From Rikenellaceae bacterium (GTDB lineage Bacteria > Bacteroidota > Bacteroidia > Bacteroidales > Rikenellaceae), in assembly GCA_031553805.1 (NCBI GenBank), contig JAVBLC010000007.1:8256-72255 (forward strand): a stretch of DNA of 64,000 nt. The letters run 5' to 3'. Made by a program: the position numbers and the translations under genes. The notes under the pieces are model-generated. The model saw only the letters and a program-made list of their open reading frames with translations. It was not told the DNA's origin and ran no database searches. How positions within the stretch are numbered: the first letter of the stretch is position 1; each line of letters starts with the position of its first letter. Of the stretch, positions 45,992 through 57,087 are shown one piece after another.

Positions 45992-46984
45992 ATGCCCTAT
46001 AAAGAAAAACGGATCCTGGGGATCGGCAACGCGCTGGTCGACGTCCTGACGCACCTTGACGACGATTCGGTGCTCGAAACGCTTAATTTCCCGAAAGGAA
46101 GCATGAATCTCGTCGGCCGCGATACCCAGGAGCGGGTCGAAGAGCTGATCCGCACCGCACACAGCCGCGTCGTGACCGGAGGTTCGGCTGCCAACACCAT
46201 CCGCGGCCTGGCCCGTCTGGGCATCGGCACCGGATACATCGGCAAGATCGGGCGCGACGCCATCGGCGCCTATACCGAGGAAAGCCTGCGTACGCACGAC
46301 GTCGCCTCGCACCTGATCTACAGCGACACCCCCTCGGGCCGCTGCGTGGTGTTGATCGACACCGAAGGCGAGCGCACGATGGCCACCTACCTCGGGGCAG
46401 CCGTAGAAATGTCCGACGACGAGATCGACGGCCGCTGCCTGGCCGGATACGACTACCTGCTCATCGAAGGTTATCTGGTACAAAGCCCCGCACTGATCGA
46501 AGGCGCCATGCGCAAAGCCAAGGCGTCGGGCCTCACCGTAGCCCTCGACATGGCCAGCTTTAACGTCGTCGAAGAAAACCGTGCCTTCCTCGATCACCTC
46601 ATCCGGGAGTACGTCGATATCGTCTTCGCCAACGAAGATGAAGCCCGCACCTTCACCGGCCGCGAACCGGCCGAAGCGCTCGACATTCTCGCCACAATGT
46701 GCGATATCGCCGTCGTCAAAGTCGGCGCCCAAGGCTCGATCATCGGTCGCGGCAGCGAACGCTGGGCTGTCCCCGCCGCCGGCCACTCCGTCGTCGACAC
46801 CACCGGCGCAGGCGACCTCTACGCCGCCGGATTTCTATACGGCCTCAGCATGGACATGGCTCCCGACCGATGCGGACACATCGGCGCCCTCATCGCCAAC
46901 CAAGTGATCCAAACCATCGGCCCGGCCATCGACGAAACCCAATGGACATCTCTCCGAGATCAGATCCAGGGGATTGTAAGGTAA
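45992..46984 (+). CDS. PfkB-family kinase, adenosine kinase-like
   Basis: 330 aa. PfkB motifs GGSAANT and DTTGAGDLYAAGF. Confidence 0.75.
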   Translation: MPYKEKRILGIGNALVDVLTHLDDDSVLETLNFPKGSMNLVGRDTQERVEELIRTAHSRVVTGGSAANTIRGLARLGIGTGYIGKIGRDAIGAYTEESLRTHDVASHLIYSDTPSGRCVVLIDTEGERTMATYLGAAVEMSDDEIDGRCLAGYDYLLIEGYLVQSPALIEGAMRKAKASGLTVALDMASFNVVEENRAFLDHLIREYVDIVFANEDEARTFTGREPAEALDILATMCDIAVVKVGAQGSIIGRGSERWAVPAAGHSVVDTTGAGDLYAAGFLYGLSMDMAPDRCGHIGALIANQVIQTIGPAIDETQWTSLRDQIQGIVR

Positions 46985-47002
46985 TACCCCTGGCTTCATC
47001 TC

Positions 47003-47033
47003 GGCTTCGACTGCCGTTTTTATAAAAATTGCC
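47003..47033. repeat. Degenerate fragment of the palindromic repeat family
   Basis: ggcttcgactgccgtttttataaaaattgcc resembles the reverse complement of 14723-14755 (cttcgactgccgctttttataaaaagcggc). It lies between the convergent kinase and valS genes. Confidence 0.6.
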
Positions 47034-47035
47034 GA

Positions 47036-49666
47036 TTAAAGCTTGCTCAAGGCTTCCATCCGCTCCTGGGTAGCTTTGATTTTGGCTTCGGCGTCGGATT
47101 GTTTGGCCCGTTCGGTTTCGACGACGGCCGGGGGAGCGCTGGCCACGAAGCGTTCGTTGCCGAGTTTTTTCATCACGGAGTTGAGGAAGCCTTGGAGGTA
47201 CTCGAGTTCGCTGCGGAGTTTGGCAAGTTCTTCTTCGACGTTGACCCCGTCGCCGAGCGGAACGAAATATTCGGTGCTCTTGACCAGGAAGGCGGCGTTG
47301 AGGCCGGCAGGTTGCCCTTCTACGATGGCCGAAAGATTAGCCATCTTTTCCAGTACGGGATTGTACTGCGGGTAGAAGTTGTCGTCGGGCTTGACGTAGA
47401 GCTCGATGGCGTCGCGATTCGGTAAATTTTTCTCTTTGCGGATGTTGCGGATAGCGGTGATGGCTTCGCGCACGAGGTCGAACTGCTCCAGCAGTTTTTC
47501 GTCATAGAGTTGCGCAGTAGGCATTGGCGATACCATGATCGACTCGCCCTCGGCCCGTTCGGCCACATGGTGGAAAATCTCTTCGGTGATGAAGGGCATA
47601 AAGGGATGCAGCACGCGCAGCAGGCGGTCGAAGAACCCGGCCGTAGCCTCGTAGGTAGGCCGGTCGATGGGCTGCTGGTAGGCGGGTTTGGCCAGTTCGA
47701 GGTACCATCCCGAAAACTCGTCCCAGAACAGTTTATAGATTTTCATCAGCGCATCGCTGATGCGATACTCGGTGAAGTCGGTTTCGGCTTCGGCCATCGT
47801 GCGGTTGAAGAGGGCCTCGAACCACGCCACGGCGATGCGGTTGTTTTCGCTCTGGGCCAGCGACTCGTCGACGTTCCACGATTTTACGAGGCGGAATGCA
47901 TTCCAAATCTTATTACAAAAATTGCGGCCTTGTTCGATTTGCGACTCGTCGAACATCAGGTCGTTGCCCGCACCCGAGCAGAGCATCATCGCCAGGCGCA
48001 CGCTGTCGGCCCCGTATTGGGCGATCAGATCGAGCGGGTCGGGCGAGTTGCCGAGCGACTTGCTCATCTTGCGGCGCAATTTGTCGCGTACAATACCGGT
48101 CAGGTAAACGTTGCGGAACGGCATTTGGCCACGGTATTCGTAACCTGCGATAATCATGCGCGCCACCCAGAAAAAGAGGATTTCGGGGGCGGTCACCAGG
48201 TCGTTGGTCGGGTAGTAGTAATTGACTTGTTCGTTGCCGGGGTGGCGGATGCCGTCGAAGACCGAGATCGGCCACAGCCACGACGAGAACCAGGTGTCCA
48301 ATACGTCGGGGTCTTGTTTCAGGTCGGCCAGCGTCAGCGCCGGGTTGCCGCTCTTTTCACGGGCCATCGCTAACGCCTCGGCCGGGGTTTCGGCCACGAC
48401 GTAGCCCCCGCCGCCAGGCAGGTAATAAGCCGGGATCTGCTGGCCCCACCACAGCTGGCGCGATACGCACCAGTCCTTGACGTTCTCCATCCAGTGGCGG
48501 TAGGTATTTTTAAACTTCGCCGGATACAGTTTAATAATATCCTCCATCACGGCTTTCAGGGCCGGTTGCGCCAGTTCTTCCATCTTCAGGAACCATTGCA
48601 TCGAGAGCTTAGGTTCGATCACCGCGCCGGTGCGCTCCGAAGTGCCCACCTTGTTGGTGTAGTCCTCAATCTTTTCGAGCAGGCCGGCTTCGAGCAGGTC
48701 GATCTCGATTTGCTTCCGCAGGTCGAAACGGTCCATCCCGGCATAGATGCCCACGCGGTCGTTGATTGTCCCGTTGTCGTTAAAGATGTCGATGGCTTCG
48801 AGGCCGTATTTTTCGCCCAGCATATAGTCGTTCACGTCGTGGGCGGGAGTGACTTTGAGGGCGCCGGTACCGAATTCGATGTCGATGTAGTCGTCGAAAA
48901 TGACCGGCACGGCACGGTTCACCAACGGCACGATCACCCGCTTGCCCTTGAGCGCGGCGTAGCGCGGATCGTCCGGGTGTACGCACAGGCCGGTGTCGCC
49001 CAGGATCGTTTCGGGGCGGGTGGTGGCTACGACCACATACTCGTCGCTGCCTTCGATCTTATAGCGCAGGTAGTAGAGCTTGCCGTTCGTTTCCTGGTAG
49101 ATCACCTCTTCGTCCGAGAGGGCGGTCAGCGCCTGGGGATCCCAGTTGACCATCCGCACGCCGCGGTAGATTTTCCCTTTATTATACAGATCGACGAAGA
49201 CCTTGATCACGCTTTCGCTCATAGCCGGGTCCATCGTGAACACGGTGCGGTCCCAGTCACACGAAGCGCCTAATTTCTTGAGTTGTTCGAGGATAATCCC
49301 GCCGTGCTTTTCCTTCCACTCCCAAGCGTGTTTCAAAAACTCTTCGCGGGTGAGGTCGGCCTTTTCGATGCCTTCGGCCTTGAGTTTCTGCACCACCTTG
49401 GCTTCGGTGGCGATCGAGGCGTGGTCGGTGCCCGGAACCCAGCAGGCGTTGAGGCCCCGCATCCGTGCGCGGCGCACCAGCACGTCCTGGATCGTGTTGT
49501 TGAGCATATGGCCCATATGCAACACCCCGGTCACGTTCGGCGGCGGAATCACGATCGTATAAGGTTCGCGCCCGTCGGGCTCGGAGTGGAAGAAGCGATT
49601 GGCCATCCAGTAGGCATACCATTTCGATTCGATCTCAGCGGGCGAGTATTTGGCAGCGATTTCCAT
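47036..49666 (-). CDS. valS: Valine--tRNA ligase
   Basis: Track ORF (1094 aa) trimmed to ATG 49666 ([17 protein letters not shown]). Class I motifs [11 protein letters not shown] and KMSKSLGN, with a C-terminal coiled coil. Confidence 0.95.
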   Translation of the reverse strand: MEIAAKYSPAEIESKWYAYWMANRFFHSEPDGREPYTIVIPPPNVTGVLHMGHMLNNTIQDVLVRRARMRGLNACWVPGTDHASIATEAKVVQKLKAEGIEKADLTREEFLKHAWEWKEKHGGIILEQLKKLGASCDWDRTVFTMDPAMSESVIKVFVDLYNKGKIYRGVRMVNWDPQALTALSDEEVIYQETNGKLYYLRYKIEGSDEYVVVATTRPETILGDTGLCVHPDDPRYAALKGKRVIVPLVNRAVPVIFDDYIDIEFGTGALKVTPAHDVNDYMLGEKYGLEAIDIFNDNGTINDRVGIYAGMDRFDLRKQIEIDLLEAGLLEKIEDYTNKVGTSERTGAVIEPKLSMQWFLKMEELAQPALKAVMEDIIKLYPAKFKNTYRHWMENVKDWCVSRQLWWGQQIPAYYLPGGGGYVVAETPAEALAMAREKSGNPALTLADLKQDPDVLDTWFSSWLWPISVFDGIRHPGNEQVNYYYPTNDLVTAPEILFFWVARMIIAGYEYRGQMPFRNVYLTGIVRDKLRRKMSKSLGNSPDPLDLIAQYGADSVRLAMMLCSGAGNDLMFDESQIEQGRNFCNKIWNAFRLVKSWNVDESLAQSENNRIAVAWFEALFNRTMAEAETDFTEYRISDALMKIYKLFWDEFSGWYLELAKPAYQQPIDRPTYEATAGFFDRLLRVLHPFMPFITEEIFHHVAERAEGESIMVSPMPTAQLYDEKLLEQFDLVREAITAIRNIRKEKNLPNRDAIELYVKPDDNFYPQYNPVLEKMANLSAIVEGQPAGLNAAFLVKSTEYFVPLGDGVNVEEELAKLRSELEYLQGFLNSVMKKLGNERFVASAPPAVVETERAKQSDAEAKIKATQERMEALSKL

Positions 49667-49864
49667 AATTTTCAGCGGTTTATCTCTTGTTTTCATCCGT
49701 TTTCGGCAGTACTTTTGCAATATGACGCAAAGGTGCCTCCCGAGATCCGGAGTTTTTGATTTTGCTGGCGCAAAGATAGCCAAAATTCGCAGCGCTGTTA
49801 ACAACTTTTGGATAATTTTATCGTTATATGATTGCGCGAATTTTCTTTTGCCGTCAAAAATGAC

Positions 49865-49872
49865 TAATTTTG
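49865..49872 (+). promoter_or_regulatory. Candidate -7 box TAATTTTG for lon
   Basis: TAnnTTTG match 24 nt upstream of the ATG at 49896. Confidence 0.4.
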
Positions 49873-49895
49873 CGAATTCTACATGAGAAACTGTT

Positions 49896-52328
49896 ATGAG
49901 TAAAAAATATAAAAACGTCATCAACGAGGAAGACCTTTCCGGCATTTCAGACATCCTCGAAGGCCGCCACCAGGTGATCCCGATCCTTTCGTCGGAAAAC
50001 GACGAACTGATCAGCGACGTGGTGATCCCCGAGGTACTGCCGATCCTCACCCTGCGCAGCTCGGTGCTTTTTCCGGGCGCGATCACGCCCATTACCGTGG
50101 GGCGCGAGAAGTCGATGAAACTGATCAAGGACGTCGACTCGGGCGAAGGCGTGCTGGGCGCTGTGTTGCAGAAGGAATCGGGTGTGGAACATCCCGGACC
50201 GGACGATATGTACCGCGTCGGGACGGTGGCCCGCATCCTGAAGGTACTGGAAATGCCCAACGGCAACCTGACAGTGATCCTCCACGGCCTCGAAAAGTTC
50301 GAGATAAAGGAATACATCACCTCCGAACCCTATTTCCGGGCGACGATCAACGTACTGAAAGACACCGCTCCCGACAAGAGCAACGTCGAGTTCGACGCTT
50401 TGGTGCAGTCGATCCGCGACGTGGCGATCAACGTGATCCACATTTCGCCCAATATGCCCAAGGAGGCGTCGTTTGCGATCAAGAACATCGACGGCAACCG
50501 GGGGATCGTCAATTTCGTCTGCTCGAATATGGATTTCAGCGACGCCGACCGGCAGTATCTGCTCGAGGCGCCGGGCCTGCTGGCGCGTGCCAAACGCCTG
50601 TTGGAGATCCTGGTCAAGGAGCAGCAGTTGCTCGAACTCAAGAACGACATCCAGTCGAAGGTCAAACAGGACCTCGACCAGCAGCAGAAAGAATATTTCC
50701 TGCAACAGCAGATCCGCACGATCCAAGAAGAGTTGGGCGGCGACCCTGCCGACCGTGATCTCGACGAGCTGCGCGCCAAGGCCGCCAAGAAAAAGTGGAA
50801 CGACGAGATCAAGGCAATGTTCCTCAAAGACCTGGCGAAGCTGGAGCGGATGAACCCGGCCGTGGCCGAATACGCCGTGCAGCTCAACTACCTGCAACTG
50901 GTGGTCGACCTGCCGTGGAACGAATATACGAAGGACAATTTCGACCTGCAACGCGCCAAGAAGCGCCTGGACCACGACCATTTCGGCCTTGACGAGGTGA
51001 AGGACCGTATCCTGGAGCATCTGGCGGTGCTCAAGTTGCGCGGTGACCTCAAGTCTCCGATCCTGTGTCTTTACGGCCCTCCGGGGGTGGGAAAAACCTC
51101 GCTCGGGAAATCGGTGGCCGAAGCCCTCAAACGCAAGTTCGGACGCATCTCGCTCGGCGGTCTGCACGACGAAGCCGAGATCCGCGGACACCGCCGTACT
51201 TACATCGGGGCGATGCCGGGCCGCATCATCCAGACGATCCTGCGTTGCAAGTCGTCGAACCCGGTGATCATCCTCGACGAAGTCGACAAGGTGGGCGCCA
51301 GCAACCACGGCGATCCCGCGTCGGCGCTGCTCGAAGTGCTCGATCCGGAACAGAACAGCACGTTCCACGACAACTACCTCGACACGGAGTACGACCTGTC
51401 GAAAGTGATGTTCATCGCCACGGCCAACAACATCAACAACGTGTCACCCGCGTTGCGAGACCGTATGGAGATGATCAACATCGCCGGTTACATCCTTGAA
51501 GATAAGATCCAGATCGCCAAAAAGCACCTGGTGCCGAAGCAACTCGAAGCCCACGGCATTCCGACGAAAGACCTGAAAATTTCGGCCAAGGTGATCGAAA
51601 AGATCATTGCCGAATACACCCGCGAATCGGGTGTGCGCACGCTCGACAAGCTGATCGCCAAACTGTCCCGCCACCGGGCCAAGGAAATCGGGTTCAACGA
51701 ACGTTTTTCGCCCGAGATTTCGGCGGCCGACGTCGAAAAGATCCTCGGCGTGCCGAAGTACAAGAACGATATGTACGAGGGCAACGAGATTACGGGCGTG
51801 GTGACCGGCCTGGCGTGGACCGAGGTCGGGGGTGACATCCTCTTCATCGAATCGTCGATCAGCAAGGGCAAGGGCGGCCTTTCGGTTACCGGCAACCTGG
51901 GCGACGTAATGAAAGAATCGGCTACGCTGGCCCTGCAATGGATCCGGGCCAACGCCGAAAAACTGGGCATCGGAGAGGAAATGTTCCGCGAGTGGGACGT
52001 ACACATCCACGTACCCGAGGGAGCAATTCCGAAAGACGGGCCGAGCGCCGGGATCACGATGGTGACCTCACTCGTGTCGACCTTTACCGGCCGCAAGCTG
52101 AAGAAAGGCATTGCGATGACGGGCGAAACGACCCTGCGCGGCCGTGTGCTGCCCGTGGGTGGGATCAAAGAGAAAGTGCTGGCGGCCAAGCGTGCGGGCA
52201 TTACCCAGATCATCCTGAGCGAGGAGAACCGCAAGGATATTTTGGAAATCAAGCCCGAATACGTCGAGGGAATCGAATTCCTCTATGTCAATACGAACGA
52301 CGACGTGCTAAAGCTGGCGCTACAATAA
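49896..52328 (+). CDS. lon: ATP-dependent Lon protease
   Basis: 810 aa. LON N-domain, Walker [10 protein letters not shown] and the proteolytic Ser in [11 protein letters not shown]. Confidence 0.95.
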   Translation: MSKKYKNVINEEDLSGISDILEGRHQVIPILSSENDELISDVVIPEVLPILTLRSSVLFPGAITPITVGREKSMKLIKDVDSGEGVLGAVLQKESGVEHPGPDDMYRVGTVARILKVLEMPNGNLTVILHGLEKFEIKEYITSEPYFRATINVLKDTAPDKSNVEFDALVQSIRDVAINVIHISPNMPKEASFAIKNIDGNRGIVNFVCSNMDFSDADRQYLLEAPGLLARAKRLLEILVKEQQLLELKNDIQSKVKQDLDQQQKEYFLQQQIRTIQEELGGDPADRDLDELRAKAAKKKWNDEIKAMFLKDLAKLERMNPAVAEYAVQLNYLQLVVDLPWNEYTKDNFDLQRAKKRLDHDHFGLDEVKDRILEHLAVLKLRGDLKSPILCLYGPPGVGKTSLGKSVAEALKRKFGRISLGGLHDEAEIRGHRRTYIGAMPGRIIQTILRCKSSNPVIILDEVDKVGASNHGDPASALLEVLDPEQNSTFHDNYLDTEYDLSKVMFIATANNINNVSPALRDRMEMINIAGYILEDKIQIAKKHLVPKQLEAHGIPTKDLKISAKVIEKIIAEYTRESGVRTLDKLIAKLSRHRAKEIGFNERFSPEISAADVEKILGVPKYKNDMYEGNEITGVVTGLAWTEVGGDILFIESSISKGKGGLSVTGNLGDVMKESATLALQWIRANAEKLGIGEEMFREWDVHIHVPEGAIPKDGPSAGITMVTSLVSTFTGRKLKKGIAMTGETTLRGRVLPVGGIKEKVLAAKRAGITQIILSEENRKDILEIKPEYVEGIEFLYVNTNDDVLKLALQ

Positions 52329-52353
52329 CCATCCGGGTAACTGATAATCGAAA

Positions 52354-52385
52354 AGCCGCGCGATTTTTGGTCACGCGGCTTTTTC
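52354..52385 (+). terminator. Intrinsic terminator after lon
   Basis: Stem AGCCGCG / CGCGGCT with a 13-nt loop, followed by TTTT. Confidence 0.6.
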
Positions 52386-52560
52386 ATGATAAGATTCTAT
52401 TCTACTTTTTTGACAAAGAAGTCAAGCACTTCAAGGAAATGGATAAAAACTCCTCTGTGCGGGAATGCACTAAATAATAAGGATTAATGTACTATCCGGG
52501 CCCGTCAAGTCGTTAAAAATGAAAATCTGCAGGATGTGCAAAAAATCCGCGGATACTCCG

Positions 52561-52568
52561 TATATTTG
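52561..52568 (+). promoter_or_regulatory. Candidate -7 box TATATTTG for batD-batE
   Basis: TAnnTTTG match 33 nt upstream of the ATG at 52601. Confidence 0.4.
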
Positions 52569-52600
52569 TACCCATAAGCAAAAAAGCCTTGAACACGATC

Positions 52601-54457
52601 ATGCGAAGAAGCATCAAACTGACGTTGAGCCTGTTGTTGGCATGGACCTGCACGGCTACCGCCTGGTCACAGACCACGTTCCAGGCCGTGGCACCCCGGA
52701 TGGTGGTGGCCGGCGACCCGTTCCAGGTGCAATTCAACCTGAACGCCCCCCCCGATCAGGGCAGTTTCGTTCCGCCCTCTTTCGCAGGACTGGAGGTGAT
52801 CGCCGGACCTACCCCGTCGCAGGGACAGCGGGTGATGTTCGCCAACGGCAAGACATCCAGTGTTTTTCAATTTACATACACCTACCTGGTGCAAGCCCCT
52901 ACCGAAGGCAAGGTGACCATCCCCGCCGCCCGGATCGAGGTCGACGGAAAAAGTTACTCCTCACGCGCGGTCATCATCGAAGTGGTAGCGCCCGGTGCAT
53001 CGACACAGGGAGGAAGTTCGGGAGCGGCTTCGGCGGGTTCTTCGGGTTCATCCGGCAACCGGGGGAGCGGATCAGCGGCGCTGGCAGCGGATGACATCCT
53101 GCTGCGTGCTTTCGCCAGCAGCAGCAACGTCTATAAAGGACAACCCATCCGGGTGACTTTCAAACTCTATTCGCGGGCGGATATTGTCGGTCAGGAAAGT
53201 TCTAAAGCGCCCGCCTTCAACGGCTTCTGGTCGCAGGAAATCGACACGCGCGGCTATGACTGGCAACAGGAAACCTATAACAATAAGGTCTACGACACGA
53301 AAGTGATCAGCGAATACCTGCTCTTTCCACAGCAGACCGGCACGCTCGAAATCGAACAGCTGAGCCTCACGCTCCGGGCGCAGATCGTCACCCAGAGCCG
53401 GCGTCAGAGCCAGTTCGACGACTTTTTCGGGGGCGGGCCTGTGATACAACAGGTGAGCAAGACCGTTTCGACTTCGCCCGTGCGGATCACCGTGCGCGAT
53501 CTTCCGGCGGGGGCTCCGGCCGGTTTCGACGGGGCGGTGGGCCAGTTCAAGCTGGAGGGCGGCGTACCCCTGGCCCAGATCACGGCCAACTCGGCAACAA
53601 GCTACCACATCCGCATTACCGGCACGGGCAACCTGCCCCTGGTAGTTGCCCCGAAAGTGGAGTTGCCCGCCTCGTTCGAACAATACCCGGGCAAGACGAC
53701 CGATAATTTCGCCCCCTCGGGGACCAACATCGCGGGCAGCCGCTCGTTCGAAATCCCGTTTATCGCCCGGGCCGAAGGCGATTACACGCTGCCCGCGGTG
53801 GCGTTTTCGTACTTCGATCCGCAAGCGGGACGCTACATTACCCTGCAAGTGCCCGAGCGCAAGATCACCGTCACGACCGACCCCAAAGGCGGGGCGGCCA
53901 ATCCGGGCCTCGTGTCAGGAATTTCCAAAGAAGACCTGCAGATCCTGGGCAGCGACATCCGGCATATTCGCGACAAAGCGCCGGGATTGACGGTAACAGG
54001 ATCGTTCCTGTTCGGGTCGTGGCCCTACTGGTTGATGGTGGTGGCGCTCATCGGGGCGTTCGCGTTCGCGCTGGTGTATATGCAGAAACGCATCCGGCAG
54101 AACAATGACAAGATTCTCGTCCGCCGCAACAAGGCCCACAAAATAGCGGTCAAACGCCTGAAGAGCGCCGAAAAACACTTGCGCTCGAACGACGAACGCG
54201 CGTTCTACGACGAAATGCTGAAGGCGCTGTGGGGTTATATGGGCGACAAACTCAACCTGCCCGTGGCTCGGTTGTCGAAGGACAACGTGCGTGAGGCGCT
54301 CGGCGCCCGCAACGCCGACGGGGCGTTGGTCGACCGGTTTATCGATATCGTGGGCGAGTGCGAATATGCCCAGTATGCCCCGCAGGGATCGGCCCGCAAG
54401 GAAGAACTTTACAGCGCGGCAGTCGAATTGATTTCTGAATTTGAATCTAAAATATAG
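52601..54457 (+). CDS. batD: BatD-family (aerotolerance operon-type) membrane protein
   Basis: Trimmed from TTG 52589 to ATG 52601 (MRRSIKLTLSLLLAW..). It has a signal peptide, repeated beta-rich domains, one C-terminal TM segment (WPYWLMVVALIGAFAFALVY) and a helical tail, as in BatD. Confidence 0.7.
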   Translation: MRRSIKLTLSLLLAWTCTATAWSQTTFQAVAPRMVVAGDPFQVQFNLNAPPDQGSFVPPSFAGLEVIAGPTPSQGQRVMFANGKTSSVFQFTYTYLVQAPTEGKVTIPAARIEVDGKSYSSRAVIIEVVAPGASTQGGSSGAASAGSSGSSGNRGSGSAALAADDILLRAFASSSNVYKGQPIRVTFKLYSRADIVGQESSKAPAFNGFWSQEIDTRGYDWQQETYNNKVYDTKVISEYLLFPQQTGTLEIEQLSLTLRAQIVTQSRRQSQFDDFFGGGPVIQQVSKTVSTSPVRITVRDLPAGAPAGFDGAVGQFKLEGGVPLAQITANSATSYHIRITGTGNLPLVVAPKVELPASFEQYPGKTTDNFAPSGTNIAGSRSFEIPFIARAEGDYTLPAVAFSYFDPQAGRYITLQVPERKITVTTDPKGGAANPGLVSGISKEDLQILGSDIRHIRDKAPGLTVTGSFLFGSWPYWLMVVALIGAFAFALVYMQKRIRQNNDKILVRRNKAHKIAVKRLKSAEKHLRSNDERAFYDEMLKALWGYMGDKLNLPVARLSKDNVREALGARNADGALVDRFIDIVGECEYAQYAPQGSARKEELYSAAVELISEFESKI

Positions 54458-54469
54458 GGAGGGAAGCCT

Positions 54470-55243
54470 ATGAAACGCCTCTTGATGATACTGATGACGG
54501 CTTGGTTGGGAATGGCTTTTCCGGCCGGGGCGAACGCTGCTCCCGATTTCGACCGGGTGTGGGACGAAGCCAACGAAGCTTACAACACGGAACGTTATGG
54601 CGACGCCATTGCGGCTTACGATTCGATCCGCGTGGCAGGCTACGGCAGCGCGAGACTTTTTTATAACCTGGGCAACGCCTATTTCCGGAACAATCAAATC
54701 GGGCCGGCGCTACTGAATTACTACCGGGCGCAACGGCTCGCTCCGGGTGATGCCGACATCGACCACAACCTGCGGGTGGCCAACGCCTATGTGGTCGACC
54801 GGATCGAAACGGTGCCTGTTTTCTTCCTCAAGCGTTGGGTGATCGAGGCGCGGAGCCGGTTCGGGTCGAACGGTTGGGCGTGGTTAAGTCTGGTTTGGCT
54901 GGCGATTGGGCTGGGTGCGGCCGGGGTTTATCTGCTTTCGGGGCGGATGGGGTTGCGCAAGTTGGGCTTTTACGGCGGGATCGTGTGCCTGGCGCTGTTC
55001 CTGGTTTCGGCCGGGTTTGCGGCCAAGGGACGGCAGGCGGCCCTGCATCCCGACGAGGCGGTGGTGATGGCCCAGTCGGCCGCCGTGAAAAGTTCGCCGG
55101 ACGGCAACAGCAAGGATATCTTCGTGTTGCACGAGGGGACGAAAGTGAAAGTACTCAACGCGCTGGGCGACTGGCGCGAGGTGTCGATCGCCGACGGTAA
55201 CCAGGGCTGGATCGAAAGCCGGGCGATCGCGCTGATCGACTGA
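54470..55243 (+). CDS. batE: TPR plus SH3-domain protein (BatE-like)
   Basis: 257 aa. TPR motif (AIAAYDS.. LFYNLGNAYFRNNQIGPALLNYYRAQRLAP), TM segments and a C-terminal SH3-like domain (GDWREVSIADGNQGWIES). Confidence 0.65.
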   Translation: MKRLLMILMTAWLGMAFPAGANAAPDFDRVWDEANEAYNTERYGDAIAAYDSIRVAGYGSARLFYNLGNAYFRNNQIGPALLNYYRAQRLAPGDADIDHNLRVANAYVVDRIETVPVFFLKRWVIEARSRFGSNGWAWLSLVWLAIGLGAAGVYLLSGRMGLRKLGFYGGIVCLALFLVSAGFAAKGRQAALHPDEAVVMAQSAAVKSSPDGNSKDIFVLHEGTKVKVLNALGDWREVSIADGNQGWIESRAIALID

Positions 55244-55320
55244 GAACAATAAATTAGCGGCCTTTAGGCCGGTAAAGTGCCGATAGGCGTGAGGCTGCCG
55301 GCCCACGCATTGGAATAGTT

Positions 55321-55550
55321 GGCCCGCGCACAAGAGATTTTATGCAGTGGAAGGGTCAGGCTCCAGAACCGGATCTGGCACAAAAATCTCTGGGAAGCGT
55401 GGCCACCACGCAAGAGGGAACGACTTCGCGAGGGAACTGTCGCTTTTTATAAAAAGCGACGCAACCGAGGTTGCCAAAGGCGGGCGAGCTCAACGCAGTT
55501 AAAAAATTTTCTGAAAGGCTTCGCTTTCCTTGACTGACGTTACTTTAAAG
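55321..55550 (+). repeat. Dispersed structured intergenic repeat, copy C
   Basis: Homologous to the reverse complement of 4712-4921. It contains the perfect 22-nt palindrome gtcgctttttataaaaagcgac (55439-55460) and the hairpin module gaaaggcttcgctttccttgac, also seen at 14531-14553. Confidence 0.8.
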
Positions 55551-55573
55551 TCCCCCGTGGGACGCACCGAAAA

Positions 55574-56194
55574 ATGTCAAAACTGTTGGACCAGGTGGTG
55601 GGGGAGCTTTCAAAGCTCCCGGGGATCGGGCGGCGCACGGCGCTCCGCCTGGCTGTGCATTTGCTCCGGGTCGACCGCGAGGAGGTGAATGCCTTGAGCC
55701 AGTCGATTTCGCACTTCCGGAATAATGTAAAATACTGCAGCCGGTGCAACAACCTGTCGGACGACGACTTGTGCCCCATCTGCGCCGACCCGCGCCGCGA
55801 CAGGGGGGTGGTGTGTGTCGTCGAACAGGTCAAGGACGTGATCTCGATTGAGAACACCCGCCAGTATAACGGCCTCTACCACGTGCTGGGGGGCATCATC
55901 TCGCCGATGCAGGGCATCGCCCCGTCGGATCTGAAGATCGACCTGCTGCTTGAAAACATCGCCCGTGGCGACATCCGCGAGGTGATCCTGGCCCTCAACA
56001 CTTCGGTCGAGGGCGAAACGACCGCCTTTTACATTACCCGCCGCCTCACGGCCCAAACGGGCGAAGGAAACGGTGTGCCGGTGCGTATTTCGTCGATCGC
56101 CCGCGGCATCGGCTTCGGCGACGAACTCGATTACGCCGACGAACTGACCATTGCCCACGCGATCCACAACCGCACCACCCTCGAAGCCAAATAG
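55574..56194 (+). CDS. recR: Recombination protein RecR
   Basis: 206 aa. HhH N-terminus, C4 zinc finger CSRCNNLSDDDLCPIC and a Toprim domain. Confidence 0.95.
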   Translation: MSKLLDQVVGELSKLPGIGRRTALRLAVHLLRVDREEVNALSQSISHFRNNVKYCSRCNNLSDDDLCPICADPRRDRGVVCVVEQVKDVISIENTRQYNGLYHVLGGIISPMQGIAPSDLKIDLLLENIARGDIREVILALNTSVEGETTAFYITRRLTAQTGEGNGVPVRISSIARGIGFGDELDYADELTIAHAIHNRTTLEAK

Positions 56195-56215
56195 AACTTT
56201 TCAATATAAACCATA

Positions 56216-57013
56216 ATGAAGAATCTGAAAATCACAGTAATCGGCGCCGGCAACATGGGCGGAGCCCTGGTCGAAGGTTTTTTGAATTCGGGACAGTACG
56301 CACCCGAAGGCATAACTATAGCTGACCTCAGCGCAGACATCCGCCGGAAGTTTGAAGAGCAGGGCGTGAAAGCCACCGCCGACAACGCGGTAGCCGTGAG
56401 CGGGGCCGATGTGGTGATCGTGGGCGTCAAACCGTGGCTGGTCGAACAGATCGCCCTGCAAATCAAAGGCAACCTGAGTCCGTCGGCCGTAGTGGTTTCG
56501 ATTGCGGGCGGCGTGGGGCTCGATGTGCTGAAAGCGTGTTTCGGCGATTCGACGGCGCTTTACCGGGCCATTCCCAATATCGCCGCCTCGCTGGGCGAAT
56601 CGATGACTTTCGTTTCGCGCGAGGGGGGCAACGCGTCGCTCGACGAAACGGTCGTCGGCCTGTTCGAATCGGTGGGCCAGGCGATGCTGATCGACGAAGC
56701 ACTGCTCGACGCGGCGATGGTGGCCGCCTCGTGCGGGATCGCTTACGCCTTGCGTTACGTCCGCGCTTCGATGGAGGCGGGCATCGAAATGGGCCTCGGG
56801 GCAGCCGCCTCGCGCCGGATCGTGGCCCAGACCATCAAGGGCGCCGCCGAATTGTTGCTCAACGGCGACCAGCACCCCGAAGCGGCGATCGACCAGGTGA
56901 CCACCCCCGGCGGAACCACCATCGTGGGCCTTAACGAGATGGAAAACAAAGGTTTCACAGGTGCGACCATCGCCGGTTACCTGGCGGCTTTCCGCCGGGT
57001 GAAAGGGAAATAG
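56216..57013 (+). CDS. proC: Pyrroline-5-carboxylate reductase
   Basis: 265 aa. NAD(P) motif VIGAGNMGGAL and C-terminal VTTPGGTT. Confidence 0.9.
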   Translation: MKNLKITVIGAGNMGGALVEGFLNSGQYAPEGITIADLSADIRRKFEEQGVKATADNAVAVSGADVVIVGVKPWLVEQIALQIKGNLSPSAVVVSIAGGVGLDVLKACFGDSTALYRAIPNIAASLGESMTFVSREGGNASLDETVVGLFESVGQAMLIDEALLDAAMVAASCGIAYALRYVRASMEAGIEMGLGAAASRRIVAQTIKGAAELLLNGDQHPEAAIDQVTTPGGTTIVGLNEMENKGFTGATIAGYLAAFRRVKGK

Positions 57014-57028
57014 TCTTTCGGCAACGGA

Positions 57029-57070
57029 GGACTGCCACAAAATCTTCAAGATTTTTTTGTGGTCCTTTTT
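57029..57070 (+). terminator. Intrinsic terminator after proC
   Basis: Imperfect hairpin ggactgccacaaaatct..agatttttttgtggtcc followed by TTTTT. Confidence 0.5.
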
Positions 57071-57087
57071 GGAACCGATTTTTTTAC

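Noticed and set aside
49667-50320. 218-codon N-terminal extension of the valS ORF; similar extensions occur on the GH95, lpxH, prmA, era, polA, transketolase-N, pepD and ribF-like ORFs
   Set aside because: The extensions overlap neighbouring genes or promoters and have non-protein-like sequence. In each case an internal ATG gives the canonical N-terminus (for example [17 protein letters not shown] for ValRS), often 20-45 nt downstream of a TAnnTTTG box.
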